64,000 bases of DNA from Pristiophorus japonicus (taxonomy: Eukaryota), in the NCBI RefSeq assembly GCF_044704955.1, contig NC_091999.1, forward strand, positions 51,150,001 to 51,214,000, given 5' to 3'. Below are positions 39,431 through 52,480 of the stretch, one piece after another. Below the pieces are notes generated by a model that saw only the letters and a program-made list of their open reading frames with translations, was not told where the DNA came from and searched no databases. A program made the position numbers and the translations under genes. Position 1 is the first letter of the stretch. The number at the start of each line of letters is the position of its first letter.

Positions 39431-42360
39431 ATAACAATGGTCATTGCTGTCCATCAATTAACAATGTTCATTGCTACCCATCAAATAACAATGGTCATTG
39501 CTGACCATCCAATTACAATGTTCATTGCTACACATCAAATAACAATGGTCACTGGTGTCCATGAAATAACAATGGTCACTGGTGTCCATAAGTCACAACG
39601 GTCATTATTGCCCATCAAATTGCAATCGTGGTTGGTGTCCATTGAATCACAATGGCCATTGCTTCCCATCAATAACAATGGTCATTGTTGTCCATGAAAT
39701 AACAATGGTCATTGGAGTCCATAAAATAACAATGGTCATTGGTACCCATCAAATAACAATGGTCATTGGTACCCATCAAGTAACAATGGTCATTGGTGTT
39801 CATCAAATAAGAGTTGTCATTGCTGCCCATCAAATAACAATGGTCATTGGTGCCCATCAAATAACAATGCTCATTGCTACCCATCTAATAACAATGGTCA
39901 TTGCTACCCATCTAATAACAATGGTAACTGGAGTCCATTAAATAAAAATGTTCATTGGTGTCCATCAAATTACAATGGTCACTGGTGTCCATTAAATAAC
40001 ACTAGTCACTGGTGTCCATTAAATAACAATGGTCATTGCTACACATCTAATAATAATGGTAACTGTTGTCCATTAAATAACAATTGTCATTGCTGTCCAT
40101 CAAATAACAATGGCCATTGGCATCAATTAAATAAAAATGGTCATTGGCGTCAATTAAATAACAATGGTCACTGGTGTCCATTAAATAACAATGGTCATTG
40201 CTACCCATCAAATAACAATGGTCATTGGTGCCCATCAAATAACAATGGTCAGTGGTTTCCTTTAAATAACAATGGTTATTGGTGTCCATCAAATAACAAT
40301 GGTCATTGCTGTCCATTAAATAACAGTGGTCAGTGGTTTCCATTAAATAACAATGGTCATTGGTGTCCATCAAATAACAATGGTCACTGGTGTCCATTAA
40401 ATAACAAAGGTCACTGGTGTCCATCAAATATCAATTGTCACTGGTGTCCATCAAATAACAAAGGTCATTGGTGTCCATCAAATATCAATTGTCACTGGTG
40501 TCCATCAAATAACAATGGTCACTGGTGTCCATCATATATCAATGGTCATTGGTGTCCATCAAATATCAATGGTCACTGGTGTCCATCAAATAACAATGGT
40601 CATTGGTGTCCATTAATTAACAATGGCCATTGATGTCCATCAAATAACAATGGTCATTGCTGACCATCCAATTACAATGTTCATTGCTACACATCAAATA
40701 ACAATGGTCACTGGTGTCCATGAAATAACAATGGTCACTGGTGTCCATTAAGTCACAACGGTCATTATTGCCCATCAAATTGCAATCGTGGTTGGTGTCC
40801 ATTGAATCACAATGGCCATTGCTTCCCATCAATAACAATGGTCATTGTTGTCCATGAAATAACAATGGTCATTGGAGTCCATAAAATAACAATGGTCATT
40901 GGTACCCATCAAATAACAATGGTCATTGGTACCCATCAAATAAAAATGGTCATTGGTGTTCATCAAATAAGAGTTGTCATTGCTGCCCATCAAATAACAA
41001 TGGTCATTGGTGCCCATCAAATAACAATGCTCATTGCTACCCATCTAATAACAATGGTCATTGCTACCCATCTAATAACAATGGTAACTGGAGTCCATTA
41101 AATAACAATGGTCATTGGTGTCCATCAAATTACAATGGTCACTGGTGTCCATTAAATAACACAAGTCACTGGTGTCCATTAAATAACAATGGTCATTGCT
41201 ACACATCTAATAATAATGGTAACTGGTGTCCATTAAATAACAATTGTCATTGCTGTCCATCAAATAACAATGGCCATTGGCATCAATTAAATAAAAATGG
41301 TAATTGGCGTCATTAAATAACAATGGTCACTGGTGTCCATTAAATAACAATGGTCATTGCTACCCATCAAATAACAATGGTCATTGGTGCCCATCAAATA
41401 ACAATGGTCAGTGGTTTCCATTAAATAACAATGGTCATTGGTGTCCATCAAATAACAATGGTCATTGCTGTCCATTAAATAACAGTGGTTAGTGGTTTCC
41501 ATTAAATAACAATGGTCATTGGTGTCCATCAAATAACAATGGTCACTGGTGTCCATCAAATATCACTTGTCACTGGTGTCCATCAAATAACAATGGTCAT
41601 TGGTGTCCATCAAATATCAATTGTCACTGGTGTCCATCAAATAACAATGGTCACTGGTGTCCATCATATATCAATGGTCATTGGTGTCCATCAAATATCA
41701 ATGGTCACTGGTGTCCATCAAATAACAATGGTCATTGGTGTCCATTAAATAACAATGGCCATTGATGTCCATCAAATAACAATGGTCATTGGTTTCCATT
41801 AAATATCAATGGCCATTGGTGTCCATCAAATAACAATGGTCACTGGTGTCCATTAAATAACAATGGTTATTGTTACCTATCATATAACAATGGTCATTGC
41901 TACCCATCAAATAACAATGGTCATTGATGTCCATCAAATAACAATAGTCATTGGTGTCCATCAAATAACAATGGTCATTGGTGTCCATTAAATAACAATG
42001 GCCATTGATGTCCATCAAATAACAATGGTCATTGGTTTCCATTAAATATCAATGGCCATTGGTGTCCATCAAATAACAATGGTCACTGGTGTCCATTAAA
42101 TAACAATGGTTATTGTTACCTATCATATAACAATGGTCATTGCTACCCATCAAATAACAATGGTCATTGATGTCCATCAAATAACAATAGTCATTGGTGT
42201 CCATCAAATAACAATGGTCATTGGTGTCCATCAAATAACAATGGTCATTGGTGTCCATCGAATAACAATGGTCATTGGTGTCCATCAAATAACAATGGTC
42301 ATTGGTGTCCATCAAATAACAATGGTCATTGGTGTCCATCAAATAACAATAATCATTGAT
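39430..42360. repeat. 27-bp minisatellite (tccatcaaataacaatggtcattggtg), about 108 copies
   Basis: Tandem periodicity with higher-order duplications. Confidence 0.95.
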
Positions 42361-42636
42361 GCCCTTCGACGCTGACGCTGGGCTGAGCTGTAGTTGTGAA
42401 TTAGGATCTCCGTTCTAGTATCTTCACTTTTTTTGCTGTCCCGCCCTTTTCAACACCGGACCTATCGGCTTTTGGGAGACACCCAGTGTAGAAAACTGAC
42501 AGATGTTATTTATATTTTCCCATTATTGCTATATGCATGTCCATGTAACCGCAAACGCGGTAGTTGTGTATAATAACCTTCTTGTATGTGCAGCGTATAT
42601 CTCCATACAGTCTGGTACTTGTACATGGAATAAAAC

Positions 42637-42724
42637 ATGAACACAGCTCATAATTCACAGAGTGCGTTATGGATCACAACAGTGCCCGTCAATGCAGTAC
42701 TTTTCCTCCTAACCGTTCTACCGG
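42637..42724 (+). CDS. Leader exon of TCR V1 (MNTAHNSQSALWITTVPVNAVLFLLTVLP)
   Basis: Hydrophobic end; phase-1 donor G|gtaggt is compatible with the acceptor at 43603. Confidence 0.6.
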
Positions 42725-43602
42725 GTAGGTATTTCATAAGATTATAATAGTTATTTTGTTTATTAATGAAGCTTTTGTTTATTTTCTAATGTTTATTGTG
42801 TCTACTGTTGACGGCGGAGTCAAATTGATGCGCGGTTCCTCGGGATTTGCCCACCCGTCAGTGAGTGTCCATAGACTATTCCAAATAGCTGCAACATGGC
42901 TTGTTACTGTAAACATGGCAGGTCCGCAGAGGTGCATCTTCTCGCGGGACCGAGACCCTGGCTGCTTAACGCACTTATTCCCGGACACTGAGACCATTGT
43001 TTCCCTGGGATAAAATGTGTGAGGCGGTGTCTGCAGTCGGGAAGCTCACACCTGGTCTGTACACGGAACTGGTCTGCGAACCCGAATGTCCTTCAGCAAG
43101 CCAATTATATTTGTAATTCCAATATTCATTAATATGTTTATAAATTTCAATAATTCTAACCCAACGTATCAGTTCTTATTGGTGAAACACAGGCTATTAC
43201 TCGCTGCCCTAAACACCAAGGGCATCTGTTCTGTGTTATTGATTAAGATGAATATGTATAATGTCTATAATTTCAACTTGAACTATTAACTGACAGAGTG
43301 ATTTCACCATTCGCTAATCGCAGCCATTAACCCAACTGGCACCAGTATGAGCCTGGAGATGGAACTATGATCTCAACCTGCTGGCCCATAAAATCAGTCG
43401 CAGCCTGCGATCAGCTCAATGAGGTGCTAAAGATTTGGACTTTCCCATTCTGTTTCACATTGGCAGTGCAGTTAATATCTGAATCAGCGGGGAGATGTCT
43501 GAATGCGTGTGTCATTGTATATCTGAGTTTGTGTGTTTGCTCTAAGGTACAAAAACACTTTATATCGAAATGTTCTGTTGATAACCTCCTCTTTGTTTGC
43601 AG

Positions 43603-43910
43603 CATCCAGCCGGCAGGGTGAACTTTCCCAAAGGCCTTCAGCAGCAGCAGCGAGTGAAGGAGGTACGGCGGTGTTGCCCTGTAACTACTCCACCACATAC
43701 ACAGCCGCTAACCTATTCTGGTATGTACAGTACTTGGGAAGAGGCCTTCAGTACATGCTCGCCAGACACACTGCTGGGAATGAAGAGAACGCACCAGCCT
43801 TTATAAAGCAGTTTTCTGCCGTACAGGACAGAATGAACAAAAACATCCCTTTGAACATCACACCCACCCAGCTGTCTGACTCCGCCGTGTATTACTGCGC
43901 AGCTATGTAG
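43603..43910 (+). CDS. TRAV: T-cell receptor alpha/delta-type V segment (V1)
   Basis: tttgcag acceptor; EGGTAVLPCNYS, LFWYVQ, LSDSAVYYCAA (C23/W41/C104 present); followed directly by a 23-RSS. Confidence 0.88.
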
Positions 43911-43949
43911 CACGGCGTTACATGAACTCTTGACACTGCTACAAAAACT
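43911..43949 (+). other. 23-RSS of V1
   Basis: CACGGCG + 23 nt + ACAAAAACT. Confidence 0.9.
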
Positions 43950-44856
43950 GCCAGTTCCAGGTCTTGTCTTCGAGAATGGTGCAATTGCTCTATCATTCGA
44001 CTTTGTCAGTTAATAGTTCAATTAAAATAATAGATTTCACATATATTCATCTTGATTAATAATACAGAACAGTTGCCTCATGGTATTTAGGGCAGCGACC
44101 AATAGTCTGTGTTTCTTCACTAATGGGTTAGAGTTATTTCAATTTTTAAACGTATACATTATAATTAGAGTTACAAATATAATTGACCAGCTCAAGAATA
44201 TTCGGGTGCTCATACCGAATCCCTGTACAGACCAAGTGTGAGCTTCCCTGCTGCAGAGTCCACCTAGCTCATTTTCTCCCGGGGAAAAGGCATGCTCAAA
44301 TATTCATGATCTCCAGAAGTAACCGTGATGGACACCAGAATATCCATCCAAACGAACAGTTCCCAGAGCCACCACAAATGGCGCTCCCACAGTTAAGGGC
44401 AATTTAAAGCCTGCTGTACATAAGGAACTTCGGGCAAGGACTTTGGAGTGACTTGGTAACATTCGTGTGCATAGTTACGTGACAAACGTATGGATTAAAG
44501 TGAATGTGGCGCCACTCTTCACTGACTGAGAGAACAGAGGGACAAGAAAGGGAATTACTTCTGATATATACCAAGCGCACGGAGGCACTTCTGCGCTTAT
44601 TTTTTGCAAATTCAAATAGCAACTGCAGCATTTTGCATTAGTTGTTCAGTTTTAGCCTCAGCAAAGGTAGAATATTAGTAACTTTGTTGCGGTTCTTCTT
44701 TTCAAACAATGAATTCGATCGTATTGTAATCACTGTTGAATGAATGTTCCCTTACTGTTAGATTATTACTAATTCTGATGCATTACTCCTTACTAAATCT
44801 AGTAAGGCTTGTCCTCCTGTTGGTTGCATAACATATTGCTCCACAAAAATATCTTG

Positions 44857-47800
44857 AAACATAGAAACATGGAAAATAGATGCAGGAGTAGGCCATTCGG
44901 CCCTTCTAGCCTGCACCGCCATTCAATGAGTTCGTGGCTGAACATTCACCTCAGCACCCCTTGTCTGCTTTCTCTCCATACCCCTTGCTCCCTTTAGCCG
45001 TAAGGGCCTGATCTAACTCCCTCTTGAATATAGCCAATGAACTGGCATCAACAACTCTCTGTGGTAGAGAATTCCACGGGTTAACAACTCGCTGTTGAAC
45101 AAGTTTCTCCTCATCTCAGTACTAAATGGCTTACCCCTTATCCTTTGACTGTGTCCCCTGTTTCTGGACCTCCCCTAAATCGGGAACATTCTTCTTGCAT
45201 CTAACCTGCCGAGTCCCGTCAGAATGTTGTAAGTTTCAGTGAGATCCCCTCTCATCCTTCTAAACTCCAGTGAATACAACTCCCATTACAGTTTTAGTCA
45301 CTTGTATTCCTAATTTCTAATCACAGAGCGCTGATTGCGTTCCCTCGCCTACATTCTCTCTTAGAAAACGTTGTAATAGTATCTGTAATCATAAAGGCTA
45401 ATCAAGGGTCAGGTCCTAACTTGTGAATCCAATGAAATAAAGCAGATCGCTGCGATACCTGCTCCTGGTTTCCTGAGGGAAGTGCAGATTGGCACGTCTT
45501 CTTCTTTGAACCTAAGAGCCGCTGAAGTTTGCCGCGCTGAAGTAGGCCGCCTTCCACCTCAATACTGAAAGATGCCATTCGGCCCACTATGTTTGTGCCA
45601 GGCCTTTGCTACAGCAATCCAAATCTTGTCAAACTAATCCACTGTCTCCATGGTTCTGTATCCTCTGCTAAAAATGCAACCAGCTTACAGATTTCGAAAA
45701 GATAACTACTCCTTGTGGCAGAGGGCTAAAAACCTTTAATAACCAGCTGCATAAATGAAGCTATTTAATTACTATATGCATCACTAAATCTCTTTATATT
45801 GAATTACATAGAATAAACAGCACAGCAATAGACCATTCGGCCCAACGAGTCCAAGTTAGCTTGTCTGCTCCACTCGAGCCTCCCCCCCGTCCTTTCTCAT
45901 CCAACTCGATCAGCTTAATCCACTTTTCCCATCTTCCTCATATGCTTATCTAGCTTCCTCTTTAATAACTATCTGCATCAGTACATCTATTCAATAGCTA
46001 ATTGCCTGAATAATTCTTCTCGATAATATTCTCTGTGTTTAGTGGTCTATACTCTTAGGAGTTTAGAAGAATGAGAGAGCATCTTATTGAAATATACAAG
46101 ACACTGAGGGGAACTGACAGAGTAGGTACTTAAAGGTAATTTCCACTGGCTGGAGAATCGAGAACTCGGGGGCATAGTATAAGGAGGACAAAAAAAAACT
46201 GCAAAAGGACATAGACAGGCTAAGTCAGTGGGCAACAATTTTGCAGATGGAGAATGATGTTGGAAAGAGTGAGGTTATGCACTGTGGCAGAAAAAAATCG
46301 AATAGCAAGTTATTACTTACATGGAGAAAAATTGAAAAATGCTGCAGTGCAGCGGGACTTGGGGGTCCTGGTGAACGAATCACAAAAGGCTAGAATGCAG
46401 GTACAGCAAGTGATCAGAAAGGCTAATGGGGTTTTGGCCTTTATTGCAAAGCGAACGGAGTATAAAAGCAGAGAAATCTTGCTACAGTTATACAGCGTAT
46501 TGATGAGGCCACACCTAGAATACTGCGTACAATTTTGGTTTACATATTTAAGAAAGGATATACTTGCTTTGGAGGCAGTTAGAGAAGGTTCACTAGGTCG
46601 ATTCCCGAGATGAGGGGGTTGACTTATGAGGAAACGTTGAGTAGGTTGCACCTCTACTCATTGGAATTCAGAAGAATGAGAGGTGATCTTATCGAAACGT
46701 ATAAAATTATGAGGGGGCTTGAAAAGATAGATGCAGAGAGGATATTTCCACTAGACTACAACAAGGGGGAATAATCTCAGAATAAGGGGCCGCCCATTTA
46801 AAACTGAGATGAGGAGGATTTTCTTCTCTCAGAGCGTTGTAAATCTGTGGAATTCGCTGCCTCAGTGAGCTGTGGAAGCTGAGTCATTGAATAAATTTAA
46901 GACAGAGATAGAAAGTTTCTTAACCGATAAGGAAACATGGAGTTATGGGGAGCGGACAGGGAAGTGGACCTGAATCCTTGATCGGATTCGCGATGATCTT
47001 ATTAAATGGTGGAGCAGTCTCGAGGGGCCGTATGGCCTACTCCTGCTCCTAGTTGTTACGTTCTCATGTTGATTCCAGGGATAGGGGGACTGTCTTATGA
47101 GGAGGGATTGAGTAAACTAGGCCTGTATTGTTAAGAGTTTAGAAGAATGAGAGGTGATTTAATTCAAACATGCTAAATTCTTACAGGGCTTGACAGGATA
47201 GATACCACGTGAATGTTTCCCCTGGCTGGGGAGTCTCGAACCTGGGGTCACAATGTCAGAATAAGGGGTCGGTCATTTAGGACTGAGATAATGAGAAATT
47301 TCTTTACTCATAAGGTGATGAATCTTTGAATTTCTCTACTGCAGAGGGGTGAGGGGGCTCAGTCGTTGTTTATATTCAAAAAAGAGATCGCTAGATTTTT
47401 GGATATTAACGGAAACAAGGGATATGGGGACAGTGCAGAAAAGTTGAGTTGAGTTAGAAAATCAGCCATAATCTTATTGAAAGAGCAGCAGGCTGAAGGG
47501 GCCTAATTGCTTCCTCCTGCTATTATTTCTTATAGTCTCAGCATAAGGGTCGGCTGTTTAAGACTGAGATGAGGTGGAATTTTTTCACTCAGAGTTTGTG
47601 TATATTTGGAATTCCCTACTTCAAAGCTATGTGGAAGCTGAGAATATTCAAGGATGTGATCGGTAGAATTTTGACACTAGGGGAATGAAGGTATATGGGG
47701 ATTGGGCAGGAATGTAGAGTTGTGGTCGAAGATCAGCCCTGATATTATTGAATGGCCACATGGTCTACTCATATTCCTACTTATTCGATCCTTCTGTTAT
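44857..47800. mobile_element. Cluster of CR1 3' fragments (minus 44857-45280; plus 46040-47800 with three stacked tails)
   Basis: Repeated agaagaatgagaggtgat...ctactcctgctcct units. Confidence 0.8.
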
Positions 47801-48344
47801 TATCTGAATAAATTAATTCTCCTAACCTATTTTCTGATTCATATTAACATTTTTAAATTAATGACCCCTCGTCAATAACTCCCTGAAAGAAAACAAGCAG
47901 TTGTTCTCACTTCATGTTATCAAAACCTTTCATAATGTAATACATATCCATTAAACACTCTTATTTTTCTCTGTCAGCGCGATATTGCCTCAGTATCTTA
48001 AGGCATGATTAAAAAAATTTAAACAGTTCTGAGATTCCTGGAGAAGCTAAAATAATTGCCGATATTCGTCAATATTGGGATTGAGACTGCGTACCGAGCG
48101 CTGTCTTACAGTAGGGAGCGTGTGAGACTCAGCGAGTAGCATGTCCCTGGTCTTATTGCTTAGGCATAGGAAGTTAACGTAAAATGTAAAATTGAGGCAC
48201 ATAAAGATTTCACCTGAAAACATGATCTAATTGTGACCATAAAGTGGACACTCCGGTCTAACATTTTAACTGATACACTACTTTAACAGTGATAGAGTAA
48301 TAAATAGTCTAACAGTGACCTTGTAACTGAGACCCCGGTGTGTC

Positions 48345-50500
48345 ATAAGAATTAGGAGCAGATGTAGGCCATTTGGCCCCTCGAGTCTGTTCTGCCAATC
48401 AATAAGATCATGGCTGATCTTCTACCTCAACTCCACTTTCCTGCACTCTCCTCATATCCCTTGAAGCCTTTAGTAACACAAAATCTATGATCTCAGTCTT
48501 AAATATACTCAAAGACTGAGGCTTCACAGCCATCTCTACTAGAGAATTCCAAAGATTCACCACCCTCTGAAGGAACAAGTTTCTCCTCATCTCAGTCCTA
48601 AATGGCCAACCGCTTATCCTGAGACTGTGACCCCTGGTTCTAGACTCCTCAGCTGGAGGAAGCATCCTCCCTGCATCTACCTTTTCAAGCCCTGCAATAA
48701 TTTTGTATGTTTCAATTAAATAATTTCACACTCTTCTAAACTCTAGAGAATTTAGGCCGAGTCTACTCAATCTTTCCTCATGGGACAATCCCTCTATCCC
48801 AGGAATCAGACTGGTGAACCTTCATTGCATTCCCTCTATTGCACGTATATCCTTCATTAGGTAAGGAGTCCAAAACTATACACCATACTCCAGGTGCGGT
48901 CTCAGCAAAGCCCAGTATAATTGCAGTAAGACATCTTTACTCTGATGCTTAAATCCTATTGTAATAAAGGCCAACAGGCCATTTGCTTTCTTAATTGCTT
49001 TCTCTACCTGCATGCTAACTTTCAATGATTCGTGTCCCAGGACATGCAGGTCTCTCTGAACACCAACATTACCCAATCTCTCATCATTTATTAAATACTC
49101 TGTTTTTCTATTTTTTCTACAAACTGGATAAATTCATATTTCTCCACATTATATTCCATTTGCCATGTTATTACCCACTCATTTAGCCTGTCTATACCCC
49201 CTTGCAGCTTCTTTGCATCCTCCTCATAACTTACATTCCCACGTAGCTTTGTATCATCAGCAAACTTGGATATATTACGTATATTACATTGGATATATTA
49301 CATTTGGTCCCCTCATCCATATCCTTTATATAGATGGTGAATAGCTGGGACCCAAGCACCGATCCTTGCGGCATGCCACTAGTTACAGCCTGCCGACTCG
49401 AAACTGACCGATTTATTCCTACTCTCTGTATTCTGTCCGTTAAACACTCCTCAATTGATGCTAGTATATTACCACCAAACCCATGAGCGAACTGGTCTGT
49501 AGTTCCCCGTTTTCTCTGTCCTTCCTTTTCTAAATAGCAGTGTTACATTAGCTACCTTCCAAACTGTGGGAACCGTTCTAGAATCTATGGAATTTTGGAA
49601 GATGGGAACCAATGCATCTACTATCTCTATAGCCACCTCTTTCAAAATTCTAGGATGTAGGCCATCAGATGCAAAGGATTTATCGGCTTTAGTCCCAATA
49701 ATGTCTGCAGCACTATTTTTTTTACACAGACTAATCTCTTTCAGTTCCTCATTCTCGCTAAACCCTTGGTTCTCCGCTATTTCCGTGAGGTTTTTTATAT
49801 CCTCGTTCATGAAGAGAGACACAAAGTATTTGTTTAATTTCGCTGCCATTTACTTATTCCCTTATTATAATTTATCCTATCTCAGCCTGTAGGGTAACCA
49901 CGTTTACTTTCGCTTATCTTTTCCTTTTTACATACATATAGAAGTTTTTACAATCTGTTTTATGTCTCTTTAGTTTACCCTCGTTTTCTATTTTCCTTTG
50001 GTTAAATCAATTTCTTGGTCCTCCTTTCCTGAATTCTAAAATCCTCACAATCCTCCGGCTTACTACTCTTTTTAGCAACATTATAATCCTTTCCTTTGCT
50101 CTAATACTATCTTTAACTTCTCTTGCAAGCCATGGTTGGATCACTTTTCCTGTGGGGTTTTTGTGCCTTAAAGGAACGTATCCTTGTTGTGAATCCTACA
50201 TTAATTATTTAAAAGAAATCCGTTGCTAATCTACCATCATTCATTAAATGTACTTTCCCAATCTACTTTCATCCACTCTCCTCTCATGCCTACGTGGTTT
50301 GCTTTGTATAGAATTAAGACCTTAGTTTTGGATTTAACTAAATCACTTTCAAACTAAGTAATTTTGTTAATAATATTATGGGCTTTCTTCCCTGGCCACT
50401 TTACCACAAGGTTATTAATTAAGTCGTTCTCATTGCACAATAATAGATCTAAAATAGCCTGTTCCCTAGTTGGTTTCTCAACATTCTGATCACGAAAAAC
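48345..50500 (-). mobile_element. CR1 ORF2, decayed
   Basis: LHPRILKE, KTGNYRPV, RPHLEY, RTRGHSLR. Confidence 0.88.
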
Positions 50501-50749
50501 ATATTGTATAGCGTAAACTTCTCTGTTCTAAGGAGAAAAATCCTGTTATCACCGTCTCTCCAAAAACTGAAGTCCTTCAGCCCTTGTATCATGTTTGTTT
50601 GATATATTTAATACCGTATCTTCGCTCCTGTTTAGGGAGATACTTCCATGATTGATTTGAAGGCTAAGCAGGTTAAGATCTTAATTCCAAGACTAGGGCC
50701 GTGCTGATTTCAGTCAGGTTGATGACTGCACTTAGTGAATGGTGAAATC

Positions 50750-52480
50750 ACGCTATCATAAATATATTTTCCGGTCTTCACGGTAGGAAAGACTAAAAAC
50801 AATAAAAACACCCCAATAGTGGATAATCAAGGAGCTATATAGAGGGAGGAACTGAACACAATCACTATCTCTATCACTAAAGAAGTAGTACTAGGTGAAA
50901 CAATGGGACTAAAGGTGGGCAAGTCCCCTGGACCTGGTGGCTTGCATCCAAGTGTTTTAAAAGAAGTGGCTGCAGATATAGTGGATGCATTAGTTTTAAT
51001 CTACCAAAATTGCTTGGATTTTGGGGAGGTCCCAACGGATAGGAAAACTGCAAATATAACGTCCCTATTAAAGAAAGGAGGCAGGAAGAAAGCAGGAAAT
51101 TATAAACCAGTTAGCTTAACATCTGTTGTTGGGAAATGCTGTCGACCACTATTAGGGAAACAATCGCAGGACTTTTTGAAAAGCATGATTCAATAAAGCA
51201 GAGTCAGCATGGTTTTATTAAAGGGAAATCAGGTTTGACAAATTTGCTGGAGTTCTTTTAGGATGTAACGAGCAGGGTGGATGAGGGGAATCCAGTGGAT
51301 GTGGTGTATTTGGATTTCCAGAATGCATGCGATAAGTTGCCAAATAAAAGGTTACTGCACAAGATTAAAGTTCACAAGTGTGGGGGTAATATATTAGAAT
51401 TGATAGAGGATTGGCTAATTAAAATAAAACAGAGAGTCGGGAAAAATTATTCATATTCCGATAGGCAAACAGTAACTACTGGGGTGTCACAGGGATCGGT
51501 GCTGGGTCGTCAACTATTTACAACATATATTAATGACGTGGATGAAGGGACGTAGTGTAATGTAGCCAAGTTTGCTGATGATAGAAAGATGTGTGGGAAA
51601 GCAAGTTGTGAGGAGGACACAAAAAAATCAGCAAAGTTATATAGACAGGCTACGTGAATTGGCAGCTTGAGTATTATGTAGAAAAACGTGAGTTTATCAA
51701 CTTTGTCATAAAAAATAGAAAAGCAAATTCTAATTTAAATGGAGAAACATTGCAAAGTGCTGCAGTACAGAGGGACCTGGGGGTCCTTGTGCATGAAATA
51801 CAAACAGTTAGTATGCAGGTACAGCAAGTAATCAAGAAGGCAAATTGAATGTTGGCCTTTATTGGCAGGGGGATGGGTTATTAACAGAGAAGACCTGCTA
51901 CAACTATATAAAGTATTGGTGAGGGCACATCTCGAGTACTGTGCACAGTTTTGGTCACCGTAGTTAAGGAAATATATTTTTGCATTGGAGGCTGTTCAGA
52001 GAAGGTTCGCTGTGTTGAGTCTGGAGGTGAGGGGGTTGGCTTATGAAGAAAGGTTGGCCCTATACTCATTGCAGTTCAGAAGAACGAGAAGTGATCTTAT
52101 TGAAATATATAAGATCATAAGGGGGCTCGACAAGGTGGATGCAGGGAGGATATTTCCACTTCCAGGGGAAACTAAAACTGCGAGATATAGTCTCAGAATA
52201 AGAGGTCGCCGATTTAAAACTGAGATGAGACGGAATTTCTTCTCTCAAAGGGTTGTAAATCTATGGTATTTTCTGCCTCAGAGAGATGTGGAGGCTGGTT
52301 CATTGAATATATTTAAGGCGGAAATAGATTTTTGAGTGGTAAGGGAATAAAGCGTTATGAGGAGCGTGCAGGGAAGTGGAACTGACTCCATGATCAGATC
52401 AGCCATGATCTTATTAAAAGGCTGAACAGGCTCGACGGGTCAAATGGCCTATCCCTGCTCCTATTTCTTCTGTTCTTATG
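50750..52480 (+). mobile_element. CR1 ORF2 to 3' end
   Basis: SPGPGGLHP, VDVVYLDFQ, QGSVLG, FADD. Confidence 0.9.

Noticed and set aside
39437-42375. Repetitive ORFs (MVIGVHQIT / MDTNDHCYL) or a CRISPR-like array
   Set aside because: Contiguous tandem units with no unique spacers, no cas genes and a eukaryotic context.
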